Below the pieces are notes generated by a model that had not been told where the DNA came from, did no database searches, and saw only the letters and a program-made list of their open reading frames with translations. A DNA stretch of 64,000 nucleotides from a virus, in IMG/VR virus record IMGVR_UViG_3300019458_000027, positions 25,191 to 89,190 of that record. The stretch is one strand, 5' to 3'. Made by a program: the position numbers and the translations under genes. How positions within the stretch are numbered: the stretch's first letter is position 1; the number at the start of each line of letters is the position of its first letter. This document shows, in pieces, positions 44,611 to 53,899 of the stretch.

Positions 44611-45293
44611 TTTTCCCCTTCCTGCGTCGGAGATTTTGGATTATCTCGGTCGGTAAGTTGCTTCATAATATCCACACCGGAAGATGTTCCAATTCTCTCG
44701 GCACCATGGTTTATAAGCTCTTCCACTACATCAATTTGACGAATCCCACCAGAAGCTTTCACCTTAAGGTCATCCCTCTTGTAGTGGTTTATGATAAATA
44801 GATCGTGCGGGGTTACACCCCTAGTCTCCCATCCCGTACAAGTTTTAATCCACTCCGCTTTTGTCTCAGACACCAACCTCGCAGCGTCGGCGATCTGCCT
44901 ATCCGTCAGATGCGGAGTGCTGATAATTATCTTTAGTACCTTTTCAGGATAAGCCTCCTTAACAAGGTTAATTTCGTCCTCAACTTTATGATACGACCCG
45001 TCGAGAAAGGCAGAAATGTTCATAACCATGTCAATTTCGTCTACCCTCTTTTGAACCTCAGCAAGCTTAGCTTCCGGAGAGTTGTATCCTAAGGGAAATC
45101 CAACAACCTGTCCCACCTTAACGGGAGCATGAAGAAGTCTAGTATAAACATAGTCTACCCAATAAGGAGGAACCATTACGCTATAGAATCTATAATCCTC
45201 TGCTTCCTCAACCAGTTTGTCGTAGTCCTTTCTGGTCTTGTTCGGATTCAACATCGTGTGATCTATAAGAAGAGCCAACTCTTGCTTAATCAT
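44607..45293 (-). CDS. deoC: 2-deoxyribose-5-phosphate aldolase
   Basis: IDHTML, VVGFPLG, DEIDMV, IKTCTG (Schiff-base Lys), VKASGGIR, RIGTSSG. Confidence 0.92.
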   Translation of the reverse strand: MIKQELALLIDHTMLNPNKTRKDYDKLVEEAEDYRFYSVMVPPYWVDYVYTRLLHAPVKVGQVVGFPLGYNSPEAKLAEVQKRVDEIDMVMNISAFLDGSYHKVEDEINLVKEAYPEKVLKIIISTPHLTDRQIADAARLVSETKAEWIKTCTGWETRGVTPHDLFIINHYKRDDLKVKASGGIRQIDVVEELINHGAERIGTSSGVDIMKQLTDRDNPKSPTQEGEK

Positions 45294-45684
45294 CGACTTC
45301 TACCATCCTTTTCAACCTTCTATCGCTATAAAATCCATGCTGAGCTTTTTTCTCTTTGGTTAAGAGATCGAAGGAGTCCATCACGAATAACCACGGATTC
45401 CAGGGTCTCGTCTTAGCCCTCTTCGGGTAGAGATTGTAGGACACCCAAAGTAAGTATCCAGTCGTGAGCACCCCCACACCATAAACTGCATCCAGAATAA
45501 AGTCCCCCTTCGGGAGGACGTATATAGTTCCAATTAGGTGGGAGAGAAACGACACAATTACGAACTTTCTCGAAATAAGAATCGAGGTTGAATATTTCTT
45601 GACTTTTTTTGCTTGCCAAATGTACTTCAAGTTGTCTATCGTTCCCACAAGCAAGAGGAACGTTCCAATCAACCAAGGGATCAT
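45286..45684 (-). CDS. PQ-loop/SemiSWEET-like 3-TM protein
   Basis: TM1-YIWQAKKV...S..IS-TM2-TM3 layout. Confidence 0.45.
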   Translation of the reverse strand: MIPWLIGTFLLLVGTIDNLKYIWQAKKVKKYSTSILISRKFVIVSFLSHLIGTIYVLPKGDFILDAVYGVGVLTTGYLLWVSYNLYPKRAKTRPWNPWLFVMDSFDLLTKEKKAQHGFYSDRRLKRMVEVDD

Positions 45685-45908
45685 TTGTCCTCCTTAGTGA
45701 ATCTAACGAATTGTAGAACGTTTATCATGGCCAGTAATCCGTTTAGAATCACAAAAACCATGTCCCCCTTAAAATGGGAGTAGAAGAGCAATACAAAACA
45801 AGCTACGGCTAAAACCCCATGAAGCTTGTATCGCTTTTTCTGGAAGTAGGACACCAGTATCAGCACCATCCCAAGGTATCCGATACCATCAACAATAAGG
45901 GGGTTCAC
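45681..45908 (-). CDS. YgjV/CBU_0592-like 3-TM protein (SemiSWEET-like)
   Basis: IGYLGMVLILVSY...LLFYS...D.VFVILN. Confidence 0.55.
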   Translation of the reverse strand: MNPLIVDGIGYLGMVLILVSYFQKKRYKLHGVLAVACFVLLFYSHFKGDMVFVILNGLLAMINVLQFVRFTKEDK

Positions 45909-46396
45909 GTTTTCTGCCCTGTCTCATCAATTAACTTAATGGAAACCAACCAATCGAAGAAGTCATTATCTTCCATAGTTGCTGGCGTCGTGGTAATGTC
46001 CTTCCTAGATTTCTGAACGAACGCCACAGCTTCCTTTTTCCAATCGGCAACCGTTCTGACATTAGGAAGAATGTAAGTGTCTTTCAGTCTCGCCAATACT
46101 CTGGCCTTGAAATCGGGTGCTTTGGGGTCAATATCGTCTAATCGGACTTCTGGAGTGGTTTCTGTCGGAGTGGCCCTCTTAACCACCGTAGTGGCCTGTT
46201 TCGGGTTGTCCAATGCATCCTTTAGTCCTGTAAGAAGGGCAGTAGACTTGGGATTAAGCAATTTCAGCATCGGGCTACCCTCTACCAGAAGCTCCCCAAT
46301 CAAGTCGGATAGGGCTTGAGCTTCTGGTGCTTCGAACCCGACCACCACCTTCTCAAATGTTACGGGCTTTACTTCTTTTTCGACTACTGAATCCAT
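45905..46396 (-). CDS. Hypothetical protein
   Basis: 163 aa, GGAG RBS. Confidence 0.55.
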   Translation of the reverse strand: MDSVVEKEVKPVTFEKVVVGFEAPEAQALSDLIGELLVEGSPMLKLLNPKSTALLTGLKDALDNPKQATTVVKRATPTETTPEVRLDDIDPKAPDFKARVLARLKDTYILPNVRTVADWKKEAVAFVQKSRKDITTTPATMEDNDFFDWLVSIKLIDETGQKT

Positions 46397-46404
46397 TTTG
46401 TCTC

Positions 46405-47616
46405 CTATTCATGCGGTACTACATTGAGATTGGCTTTCTCCTGCAGTACCTTGTATTTCCTAGTCTGACCGACTGGAAGGTTAGTATCCGCTAGATCGAT
46501 CGTGTAAATCCAAGTCATGCCCCTCTTCTTGTTGACCCCGAAGAATTGCTGAGCAGGGTTAGATTCGATCTTCAACACTCTCATAGCAAAGTCGTCGGAA
46601 CTAGTGAAGGTTCCGTTGGTAATAAGAGTAAGGTCTTTAGTCCAGTGAATAATGTTTGCCGTGTGGAAATGCCCCACCACCAAGTATCTAAACTTCTCTG
46701 GAATCGTGGTGGCCCATCGCATGAGGGCGGCGATAAGTCCAACCAAAGGAAGGCCCGTGCTACCACCACTAACAGCGTCTCCGTGTGTCAGCAAGAAGTT
46801 ATGCCCTTGAACTGGCACAACCGCTTTCCAGTCGTCATAGACATTGAACTTGATCTGCTTATAATTTCTGAAATGGGCTTCCAGGTGTTTGTATAGCACG
46901 TAGTCGAAGTTAGTTTTCCTGGAAGCGTACTTGTTTACCCGTCCGTGGTTCCCGTAAATACAATGTACTTCCACCTTCTTAAATAGCTTCATCATCGTCA
47001 GGAGGAAATCCCGCAGCATCGGAATCCCAAGTTGGTAAATCTGGTCAATGACCGGCATCTCAATCCCGTGGGCTTGGCCTGGATATATCATATCTCCATC
47101 AACCACGTCCCCAATGAGGAAGATGTTCAGCTTGTTAATCTTGTACCCTCTTCGGAGAAGGTTAACAATACGATGGACAGAGTAATTTAGCTTAGTGAAT
47201 CTTTCCCCCATGACGTGATAATTGAAAGTTTCCGTCCGCTTCCCGAAGTGGATATCGGACAGAACCAACACCGCCTCTTCCACAGAACGATCATCGACGG
47301 GGCCCATGATTGGCTTTTCTATGACGGGCTTGGGGTCGAAATAATTCAAGTCCTTAACCAGGGGGGTAAGGGCCTCAACCACCTGTTGTGTCTGTGTTTT
47401 CTGTTCCTCAATCTGGTCCTGAGCGGCCATAGACATGGCTCTCTTCACAATCTTTCCCTTACTTCTCAGAAGAGTTAAACGGGCAGAAACCTTCCCATAC
47501 TCAGTTTCAAGATTCTGAGCGATAGCAACCAGGGAAAGCCGACGATTGTATAGGTCAATCAACTTATCGTCGTCTGCCTGTTCCCAATATGTCCGGCCTG
47601 CTGGCGATGTTCTCAT
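46405..47616 (-). CDS. Calcineurin-like metallophosphoesterase with N-terminal HTH
   Basis: SDIHFG, GDVVDG, GNHGR, THGD, GHFH. Confidence 0.85.
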   Translation of the reverse strand: MRTSPAGRTYWEQADDDKLIDLYNRRLSLVAIAQNLETEYGKVSARLTLLRSKGKIVKRAMSMAAQDQIEEQKTQTQQVVEALTPLVKDLNYFDPKPVIEKPIMGPVDDRSVEEAVLVLSDIHFGKRTETFNYHVMGERFTKLNYSVHRIVNLLRRGYKINKLNIFLIGDVVDGDMIYPGQAHGIEMPVIDQIYQLGIPMLRDFLLTMMKLFKKVEVHCIYGNHGRVNKYASRKTNFDYVLYKHLEAHFRNYKQIKFNVYDDWKAVVPVQGHNFLLTHGDAVSGGSTGLPLVGLIAALMRWATTIPEKFRYLVVGHFHTANIIHWTKDLTLITNGTFTSSDDFAMRVLKIESNPAQQFFGVNKKRGMTWIYTIDLADTNLPVGQTRKYKVLQEKANLNVVPHE

Positions 47617-47635
47617 TACTTACCCTCCATTTCCA

Positions 47636-47800
47636 TTATACTTCGTGTGTATCCCAATGTGATTTTGAGAGTTTCTTTGATTTCTTTTTACCGCCCCCTG
47701 TTAACCGTAGCATCTCGTCTGCATAGGTCCCACGGGGTCCTAATTCATCCCTTCTACCCTGCAAAGCACTAATCCGCCTTTTCTTCATAAATGGCGTCAT
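47636..47800 (-). CDS. 54 aa basic peptide
   Basis: Fills gap after purZ homologue; not in ORF track. Confidence 0.35.
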   Translation of the reverse strand: MTPFMKKRRISALQGRRDELGPRGTYADEMLRLTGGGKKKSKKLSKSHWDTHEV

Positions 47801-47801
47801 A

Positions 47802-48869
47802 TTAGTGAAGTATCGGTCCTTCTGCTAAGCGATCAACCATATGTGTAATATCTGGCCCCGTTCCAACCAAGGTCACAGGAACACCTGTCAACTCCTGTAT
47901 TTTATCAATAAATCTCTTGGCCGATGAGGTCAGATTCTCATATTTATTGACCCCGTGATTTTTCCAGTCTATATAATCCGCAAACATCAGGGCAATTGCA
48001 CTGGGGCGGTTCGCTTTCACGGCTCGAACAACCATTTCCTCATTGAACTCGCTCACCCTCCGAACTCTTTTAGTAACCGTGGTTAGCTCTGTGATAATCC
48101 CCTCAGGAGCACCACACCGCTTAGGAACCGTTGGCCAATCAATCTCATCCGCTCCCATCGGCCCTGAGTTACCCGCCACCCTGATTGGATAGGTTCTAAC
48201 TACCATGTAGACATTATTAACCACCGTCGGAGCTAACCCACTATCAGATAGTAAACTAGCGGAGATCACATCACGTGAAGTAACAAATGGCCACTCCCCA
48301 TGATTTAAACTGATACCGTAGCCCTGTGTACCCTCAATCATAATCTTAAGGCCCCGATCTACGGCCTCATTAAGGTAGTCGGACACATTGGTTACGAACG
48401 GCTTTAACCAACCAACGTCTTTGGCTCGAAGGAAACCATCCGTACGGAGAACTTTCTCAGCTTGAGCTTCTCCAATTCCTTCGCAAGTGGAACCCAGTTT
48501 CTCGAACATTCTCCTTTGCTGTTCGTTTAACCGATGTTTCTCGGTAACTATGCCGGCATTCCGGTCGATCTTTAGGCGAGTTGTGGAGTGGGGAACCAAG
48601 TCCATTTCGGCTTTGAGGACTGTTTCCTCCAACAATCCATTCGCACCAACACACAACACCGTGGTGTCGTCAACCAAACCCGCACACGGAAGCTGTCTCA
48701 TCTTCCACTTCTGGTCACCAACCTGAACGGTATGCCCTGCATTGGGGGCACCAACCCGTACGGCAACATCATAATGACTTTTCTTGGCAAGATAGGCAAC
48801 CACGGCTCCCTTACCCTCCGAGCCATATTGCCCCCCAACAATTAGATCGACCGATTTAGTCTTTTCCAT
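47802..48869 (-). CDS. purZ: Adenylosuccinate synthetase homologue of PurZ/PurZ0 type
   Basis: GGQYGSEGKG (Ser where PurA has Asp), PNAGHT, IEGTQG, PFVTSRD, PIRVAGNSG, TTVTKRVRRV, MFADY; start at MEKTK (GAGGAG RBS). Confidence 0.8.
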   Translation of the reverse strand: MEKTKSVDLIVGGQYGSEGKGAVVAYLAKKSHYDVAVRVGAPNAGHTVQVGDQKWKMRQLPCAGLVDDTTVLCVGANGLLEETVLKAEMDLVPHSTTRLKIDRNAGIVTEKHRLNEQQRRMFEKLGSTCEGIGEAQAEKVLRTDGFLRAKDVGWLKPFVTNVSDYLNEAVDRGLKIMIEGTQGYGISLNHGEWPFVTSRDVISASLLSDSGLAPTVVNNVYMVVRTYPIRVAGNSGPMGADEIDWPTVPKRCGAPEGIITELTTVTKRVRRVSEFNEEMVVRAVKANRPSAIALMFADYIDWKNHGVNKYENLTSSAKRFIDKIQELTGVPVTLVGTGPDITHMVDRLAEGPILH

Positions 48870-48888
48870 TGATTTCTCCTCACCGTTA

Positions 48889-50550
48889 TTATACCCTCTC
48901 CAACACCTTAGATACTCCGTTCTCTTTAACGACCTCAGACACATTGATGGTTCTATCCCGAACGTCAGTATGACTAATCACCAATACCTTCTTGAATTGT
49001 TCTGTTAATCGGGACACAAGGGAAATGAATCGATCTCTTCCTTCCTCGTCCAATGATTCCGAAGCTTCATCAATAATGAGGGTCTTGAGACGATAGCTAT
49101 TCCTACGGGCCAAGACCACAGCAATTCCTAACCGAACAGCCAAATCTATTCGGGCCTTCTCTCCCCCGCTGAAATTGCTATAAATTCGGTCGTGTAACCC
49201 ATCGTAGATGAAAAGCTGTAGAGTGTCAGCTATTCCTCCACCCTTTAATTCCTTCTCCAAACGCAATTCTACCCTGAACCGTCCGTTTGTTAACTGATCA
49301 AGAAAGGTATTGGCCGCCAGTTGGACTTCCTCCAATGCGGAGGACATGATAATGGTGGGGATACCGTTACTGCCAAAAGCGTCCAACAGATACCGATAAA
49401 TGGCAAATTCCTCCTTCTTTGTTGTTATCTTACTCTGTAATTCGCTAAGTTGGGCTTTCAAACGGGTCTGGTTGTCATACATGGAAACAATATAACCACG
49501 CTTTTCGCTAAGCTCCTGCAAAGTTTTCTCATATCCATTCACTAATATAGCGTTCTCACTGATCTCGAAAGTTAGATTCCCGAAATCCTTCTTAGAAAAG
49601 GTCTCAATCTCGGCATAAATAGCTTCCAGCTTGTCTTTATATGAGGCCATATGCTCTTGGAGTCTCTGGATGGCCACACTACGGGATTTATCGCTCCATC
49701 CCCCTCCACAAAAGGGACAACTATCGGAGCTTATCCCATTTAGAGACGACTCCAACAATTGAAGCTCCTCTACTTTATTTTGTAAGAACTCTCTCTTTCC
49801 ATTTAGCTTGTCGAGGAGGTCTTGATTTTCTTTTTTAGCCGCCTCCAATATGTGTGTCAAGTAACGTTGTTTGCTATTAACTTCTATCCTAGCATCGTTG
49901 ACAACGTTAATTCGAAGGTCGAGAGATTGAAGTTTCTCTTCCGAACCCTCTAGTGGGATAGCTTCTTGTTCTAAAGTTTTGGCCCTAGTTTCATATTCAA
50001 TGAGGTCGTTTTGGATTATTCTCACGTTTTCTCGTACTTTGGTTTCGTAAGTTTGATACTCCGACAATCCTAGGATATCATAAAAGACCCTCTTAGCTTC
50101 CTTGGGGGTTAGGGAAGAGAAGGAACTTAGTTTTCCTTGTTCAATACAAGCGGAATTGGAAAAAGTTTCATATGTAAATCCTAAAACCCGTTCAATCTTT
50201 TGCTGTGTGTCTGCCAGAGTGTCCCCCGTTATTTCCTCGTCGTTCTTAAAAAAGGAAAGGTAAGACTTTTCGTTACGATTCCTACCCCGAATTACAGTAT
50301 AAGAATCCCCGTTCAAACCAAATCCTACCGTAACCTCGGCGTAATCTTCGCCCTCGGTTATAAGCTGGTCCCCCGCCCTATCTTTGTTCCGGGCCACCCC
50401 AAACAAACCCCAAGTTATGGAATCTTTAACTAACGAGGACTTCCCCGCTCCATTTTTTCCGACAAAAACCTTAACCGATGTGTTGGAGAAATCCAACACC
50501 GTGTCCTTATGACTAAGGAAATTAGTCAGTTTCAGACTTAGGATATTCAT
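48889..50550 (-). CDS. sbcC: Rad50/SbcC/gp46-like ATPase
   Basis: GKNGAGKS, CPFC hook, FSGGE, LIIDE, VISH. Confidence 0.92.
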   Translation of the reverse strand: MNILSLKLTNFLSHKDTVLDFSNTSVKVFVGKNGAGKSSLVKDSITWGLFGVARNKDRAGDQLITEGEDYAEVTVGFGLNGDSYTVIRGRNRNEKSYLSFFKNDEEITGDTLADTQQKIERVLGFTYETFSNSACIEQGKLSSFSSLTPKEAKRVFYDILGLSEYQTYETKVRENVRIIQNDLIEYETRAKTLEQEAIPLEGSEEKLQSLDLRINVVNDARIEVNSKQRYLTHILEAAKKENQDLLDKLNGKREFLQNKVEELQLLESSLNGISSDSCPFCGGGWSDKSRSVAIQRLQEHMASYKDKLEAIYAEIETFSKKDFGNLTFEISENAILVNGYEKTLQELSEKRGYIVSMYDNQTRLKAQLSELQSKITTKKEEFAIYRYLLDAFGSNGIPTIIMSSALEEVQLAANTFLDQLTNGRFRVELRLEKELKGGGIADTLQLFIYDGLHDRIYSNFSGGEKARIDLAVRLGIAVVLARRNSYRLKTLIIDEASESLDEEGRDRFISLVSRLTEQFKKVLVISHTDVRDRTINVSEVVKENGVSKVLERV

Positions 50551-50812
50551 CGCCCATCCTCATGTCCAAAGTTTTTCCTAATTTACCAAGCTCGATCTCA
50601 ATATCAAGGTAGATCATCCGTTCACAAGTAGCGCACCAATCATACACGGTGATATGCCCCTGCAAGACCCTAAGAGACGGCGTTGAAAGCTGGTCTCCAG
50701 GTTTATACTCATACATTTCGCATCCAAGGGCCTTGCTCTGAAAATTGTCAAGGATACCCCCACACCCAGGGCATTGAACGGCGTAAGCGAAACTATCGTA
50801 TAGGCCCATCAT
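50522..50812 (-). CDS. Zn-binding hypothetical protein
   Basis: CPGCG...FQSK...C..Y..GD...CATC. Confidence 0.6.
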   Translation of the reverse strand: MMGLYDSFAYAVQCPGCGGILDNFQSKALGCEMYEYKPGDQLSTPSLRVLQGHITVYDWCATCERMIYLDIEIELGKLGKTLDMRMGDEYPKSETD

Positions 50813-51300
50813 CCACCAAGCATAATTCTCTGAATCAAATCCAGCAGAATAGCATACAAAACTAGAGACCCCTCGGCACTTCCTACAGCGTTTTCAACGG
50901 AAGGCCATGAATAGTCGTTATTGTTTCTGGACACAGCGTACAACGGAACAAAGGCCACCACCGTAATCAAAGCTGGAAAAATTGTATGGTAGAGCGGATA
51001 AAACGCCAATCCGTAGCTCAGGCCAACTAGAGATCGAATGAACCATGCCATCGGCTTCCCCAGTTTGTCGAACTTCTCTCCATACGGCAAAGAGTGAGCC
51101 GCACCCAGCAGAACCGCAACAAGAACGGCGGTCCCTAAGTGGGCTACGCCCGACAGCCACAGAACAATACCAACCAAGGCCGGCCACACCACAACCTTTA
51201 CTAAACGTTTGTACGTCCCTCCGATAAAGTGAAGCTGTCCCCCGATGGTAGGGAGCAAAACCGTGAACATTGAAACCAACCAAGCCAATAGAATAGCCAT
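50809..51300 (-). CDS. Multi-pass membrane protein
   Basis: Several hydrophobic helices, SLPYG. Confidence 0.6.
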   Translation of the reverse strand: MAILLAWLVSMFTVLLPTIGGQLHFIGGTYKRLVKVVVWPALVGIVLWLSGVAHLGTAVLVAVLLGAAHSLPYGEKFDKLGKPMAWFIRSLVGLSYGLAFYPLYHTIFPALITVVAFVPLYAVSRNNNDYSWPSVENAVGSAEGSLVLYAILLDLIQRIMLGG

Positions 51301-51301
51301 A

Positions 51302-51520
51302 TTATTTCCTCCTTATAATACCAAAAAGTCCCCTTGAGGGTTCCTCTTTTTTACTCTTCATGTGGTCTTCATGTTTCTTTTGGGCTATTTCCAATTGGCT
51401 GGCCCAAAAGTCGTCCACCCTTAAACAAATTTTGCATTGAGCAAGGATATGGCCACCAGTTAGGTGAATTGTAATTACTCGATAGTCGTGAACTCCCAAC
51501 TCACAGGGTGCGCTCATCAA
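51302..51520 (-). CDS. Small protein with C..H..H...CxxC
   Basis: CELGVHDY...CKIC. Confidence 0.55.
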   Translation of the reverse strand: MMSAPCELGVHDYRVITIHLTGGHILAQCKICLRVDDFWASQLEIAQKKHEDHMKSKKEEPSRGLFGIIRRK

Positions 51521-51639
51521 TCCTCCAGTTTATAACCGCAATCAGGACATTCAAAATCATCGATATCCACCGCACATGAGCATATTGGGCAATACCAAAA
51601 CTCTCCGTCGGGGTCGTACTCAATATCCATGTCAGCCAC
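51517..51639 (-). CDS. 40 aa double Zn-ribbon peptide
   Basis: YCPIC...ECPDCG; AAGGGG RBS; not in ORF track. Confidence 0.55.
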   Translation of the reverse strand: MADMDIEYDPDGEFWYCPICSCAVDIDDFECPDCGYKLED

Positions 51640-52180
51640 AGATTGTCCCCTTTTCCTTAATGACCCACTTCTTCTTTAAAATCTCTGGTTTAGTATATTC
51701 GTACAATTTTTTAACTTCCTGAGAGCTTAGCTTCTTAATGGTTCCGGTGGAAATTCCCACGGGTTCCTCTTTCAAATCCCAATATGTGGCTATACTAGAT
51801 GCCACGTAAACTGCTGTCTTTGGGGCTTTAACAATGCCGTTGTAAAATCGAGGCATCTGGCTAACCAAACTGTACGTAATAGAGTTACTAAAGTAGTTAA
51901 TAAGGGCGTTAGAATCCCGAAATATGATTCTAGGGTCCGTTAATCTAAATTCTTCGATTGGAAGCGTCTTAATCTCTAACCTTATCAAAACCCCGCTCAA
52001 TCTTTCCTCTTCTCTCATCTCAACGATAGTAACTTGGGTTGGGAATTTCATCCCTCTATAACAACCGTCAGCAATCTGGAGGCCAATGTTTTGGCACCAA
52101 TAAGACAGGACGGTAGTTATATCCTTTCCTATGAAAAGAACGTTTGATAACACCGTATCCAAAATAACTGTATCACCCAC
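51632..52180 (-). CDS. Hypothetical protein ending in KKKWVIKEKGTI
   Basis: 182 aa. Confidence 0.6.
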   Translation of the reverse strand: MGDTVILDTVLSNVLFIGKDITTVLSYWCQNIGLQIADGCYRGMKFPTQVTIVEMREEERLSGVLIRLEIKTLPIEEFRLTDPRIIFRDSNALINYFSNSITYSLVSQMPRFYNGIVKAPKTAVYVASSIATYWDLKEEPVGISTGTIKKLSSQEVKKLYEYTKPEILKKKWVIKEKGTICG

Positions 52181-53126
52181 CGATTACCTCAATTCCCTTT
52201 TCCAAGACTTTCTTCTCCAACTCGTCCCCAATTTTAAGGGTCTTCACATACTCTTCAAGGGCCTTTTGCGCTGTAACTCCCTCTTTTATGACTTCTCGAT
52301 CTTCACGTACCGTCTTTGGTCTTTCTATGTCGTAACTAACGGAAAGGGAATACGCATTGACAAGCTGACCCCTTATAGAGGCCTCGTCGAAATTTTTCAA
52401 CTCATTCCTTGTTCCACTAACGATGACTTTTACTATAGAATCTTTGTAGTCCCCGACGGGAAAGGAAGCCGTCGCTTTCATGTTTATCTGAATCATGGGT
52501 CTTAGAGGAAGCTTTATGCTGTCCAATGTGTGTACTTGTCCATCACCACCAGTTTCCGCAAAATAAACGAACTTATCCTCCCCCAACTCCCCAAAATCTG
52601 TTCTGTCAATGCTACCCGTATGAAATACCGTGGGGTTTTGGTGCATAAATTGTGGCTTATGAATATGCCCTAAGGCATAAAGAGAGCAACCAGGGTATGA
52701 AACCAAAAAGTCCCGCAGGAGCATCTGATTTGGAATATGAAAATCAAGGGGTCCCATTGAGGATTCCGCTAGGCCAAAATGCCCCATAAAAATGTCGTCC
52801 TCAATATGGGGAGAACCATATACGTGAATGCCAGGAATATTCAAAATTTTGAACTCTCCCAACGCCGATGTGCCACCCGTCAGATCGTGATTCCCCTCAA
52901 TAAACACCACATCAATCCCTCTATCAGCAATCCTCTTAGCCCAGGTTTCTAAGGCCCTCATTTCCTGTTGATAAGGGCGGCGGGATTCATAAGCGTCCCC
53001 TAACTGCAGGACTTTATCTACCTTATAATCAAAAGCAAGGTCGGCAATGTAATGCAAGAGACTGACGGTATCCTCAAATCGGCGGTGCAAATCTAGGTGT
53101 AAGTCTCCCACTAAAAGGTATCTCAT
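52173..53126 (-). CDS. sbcD: Mre11/SbcD/gp47-like nuclease
   Basis: GDLHL, LGDAYE, GNHD, MGH, LGHIH, GSIDRTDFGE. Confidence 0.9.
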   Translation of the reverse strand: MRYLLVGDLHLDLHRRFEDTVSLLHYIADLAFDYKVDKVLQLGDAYESRRPYQQEMRALETWAKRIADRGIDVVFIEGNHDLTGGTSALGEFKILNIPGIHVYGSPHIEDDIFMGHFGLAESSMGPLDFHIPNQMLLRDFLVSYPGCSLYALGHIHKPQFMHQNPTVFHTGSIDRTDFGELGEDKFVYFAETGGDGQVHTLDSIKLPLRPMIQINMKATASFPVGDYKDSIVKVIVSGTRNELKNFDEASIRGQLVNAYSLSVSYDIERPKTVREDREVIKEGVTAQKALEEYVKTLKIGDELEKKVLEKGIEVIGG

Positions 53127-53899
53127 TTCTTCTCTTTCTTACCTTTAGCTTCATCCATCTTTTGTTCAACCTTTTGTTCTTCCTCGGTCTGCCTCAAGAC
53201 TTGGTTGATCTCAGAATCGGGCACAGGAGGTTCCTCCACCATCTTTTTGCAGTAAACCGCTACTCTGCGTCTTAAAGCGAAGTCATCCTCGTCGGCCCGC
53301 CTTTTTAGTCCTATTAGCCCAACAAGATCATCCAACTTAGCGGGGGATTCGTTCTTGAAAAACTCATCGCTCCTGCCGATAACGTAAACTTCGTAAAATT
53401 GATCAACGCTTATCTGTGCCTTGAGCAATTCTTCAATGGGCTTTAGCTCTCTAACCCGCAATTCAACCAAGATTTTCCCGCTCGTATCCCGTTCGCATTT
53501 CCTGTCGAAGAGAACACGGAAATTTTGTATCTTAGAATAACTTGGACGATTCTTTGCTCTCATTAGAACCAATAAACTCTCAGCACCCGTTATTGTCTCT
53601 ACCATATCGGGCGATAACACCCCAATAAGAAAAATAACCTGAGAACTAGTCCTGCCTTCAATTCTGTACTCATCAGGGTATTCGAAGGGAACATTGCTCC
53701 GTCGCTCTTCCTCGGATTCAACGTCCACCAGTTGAACTTGAAACTTCTTGCTCCCAACAATGACCAAAATCGGGGATACAATCTCCCCCGACGAACCATA
53801 ACGTCCAGGAGACTTTTCCATCTTGATAAGACGAACAACCTCCTCAGCGTCTAGGTCTAGGGTATGCTTTATTTCTTTATCTACTATCGAGAGCTTCAT
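53123..53899 (-). CDS. Hypothetical protein
   Basis: 258 aa; LDDLVGLIGLKRRADEDDFALRRRV motif. Confidence 0.6.
   Translation of the reverse strand: MKLSIVDKEIKHTLDLDAEEVVRLIKMEKSPGRYGSSGEIVSPILVIVGSKKFQVQLVDVESEEERRSNVPFEYPDEYRIEGRTSSQVIFLIGVLSPDMVETITGAESLLVLMRAKNRPSYSKIQNFRVLFDRKCERDTSGKILVELRVRELKPIEELLKAQISVDQFYEVYVIGRSDEFFKNESPAKLDDLVGLIGLKRRADEDDFALRRRVAVYCKKMVEEPPVPDSEINQVLRQTEEEQKVEQKMDEAKGKKEKK

Noticed and set aside
47802-48869. Ordinary host-derived purA auxiliary metabolic gene
   Set aside because: The catalytic Asp of GDEGKG is Ser, which argues for the PurZ branch; kept as the alternative until assayed
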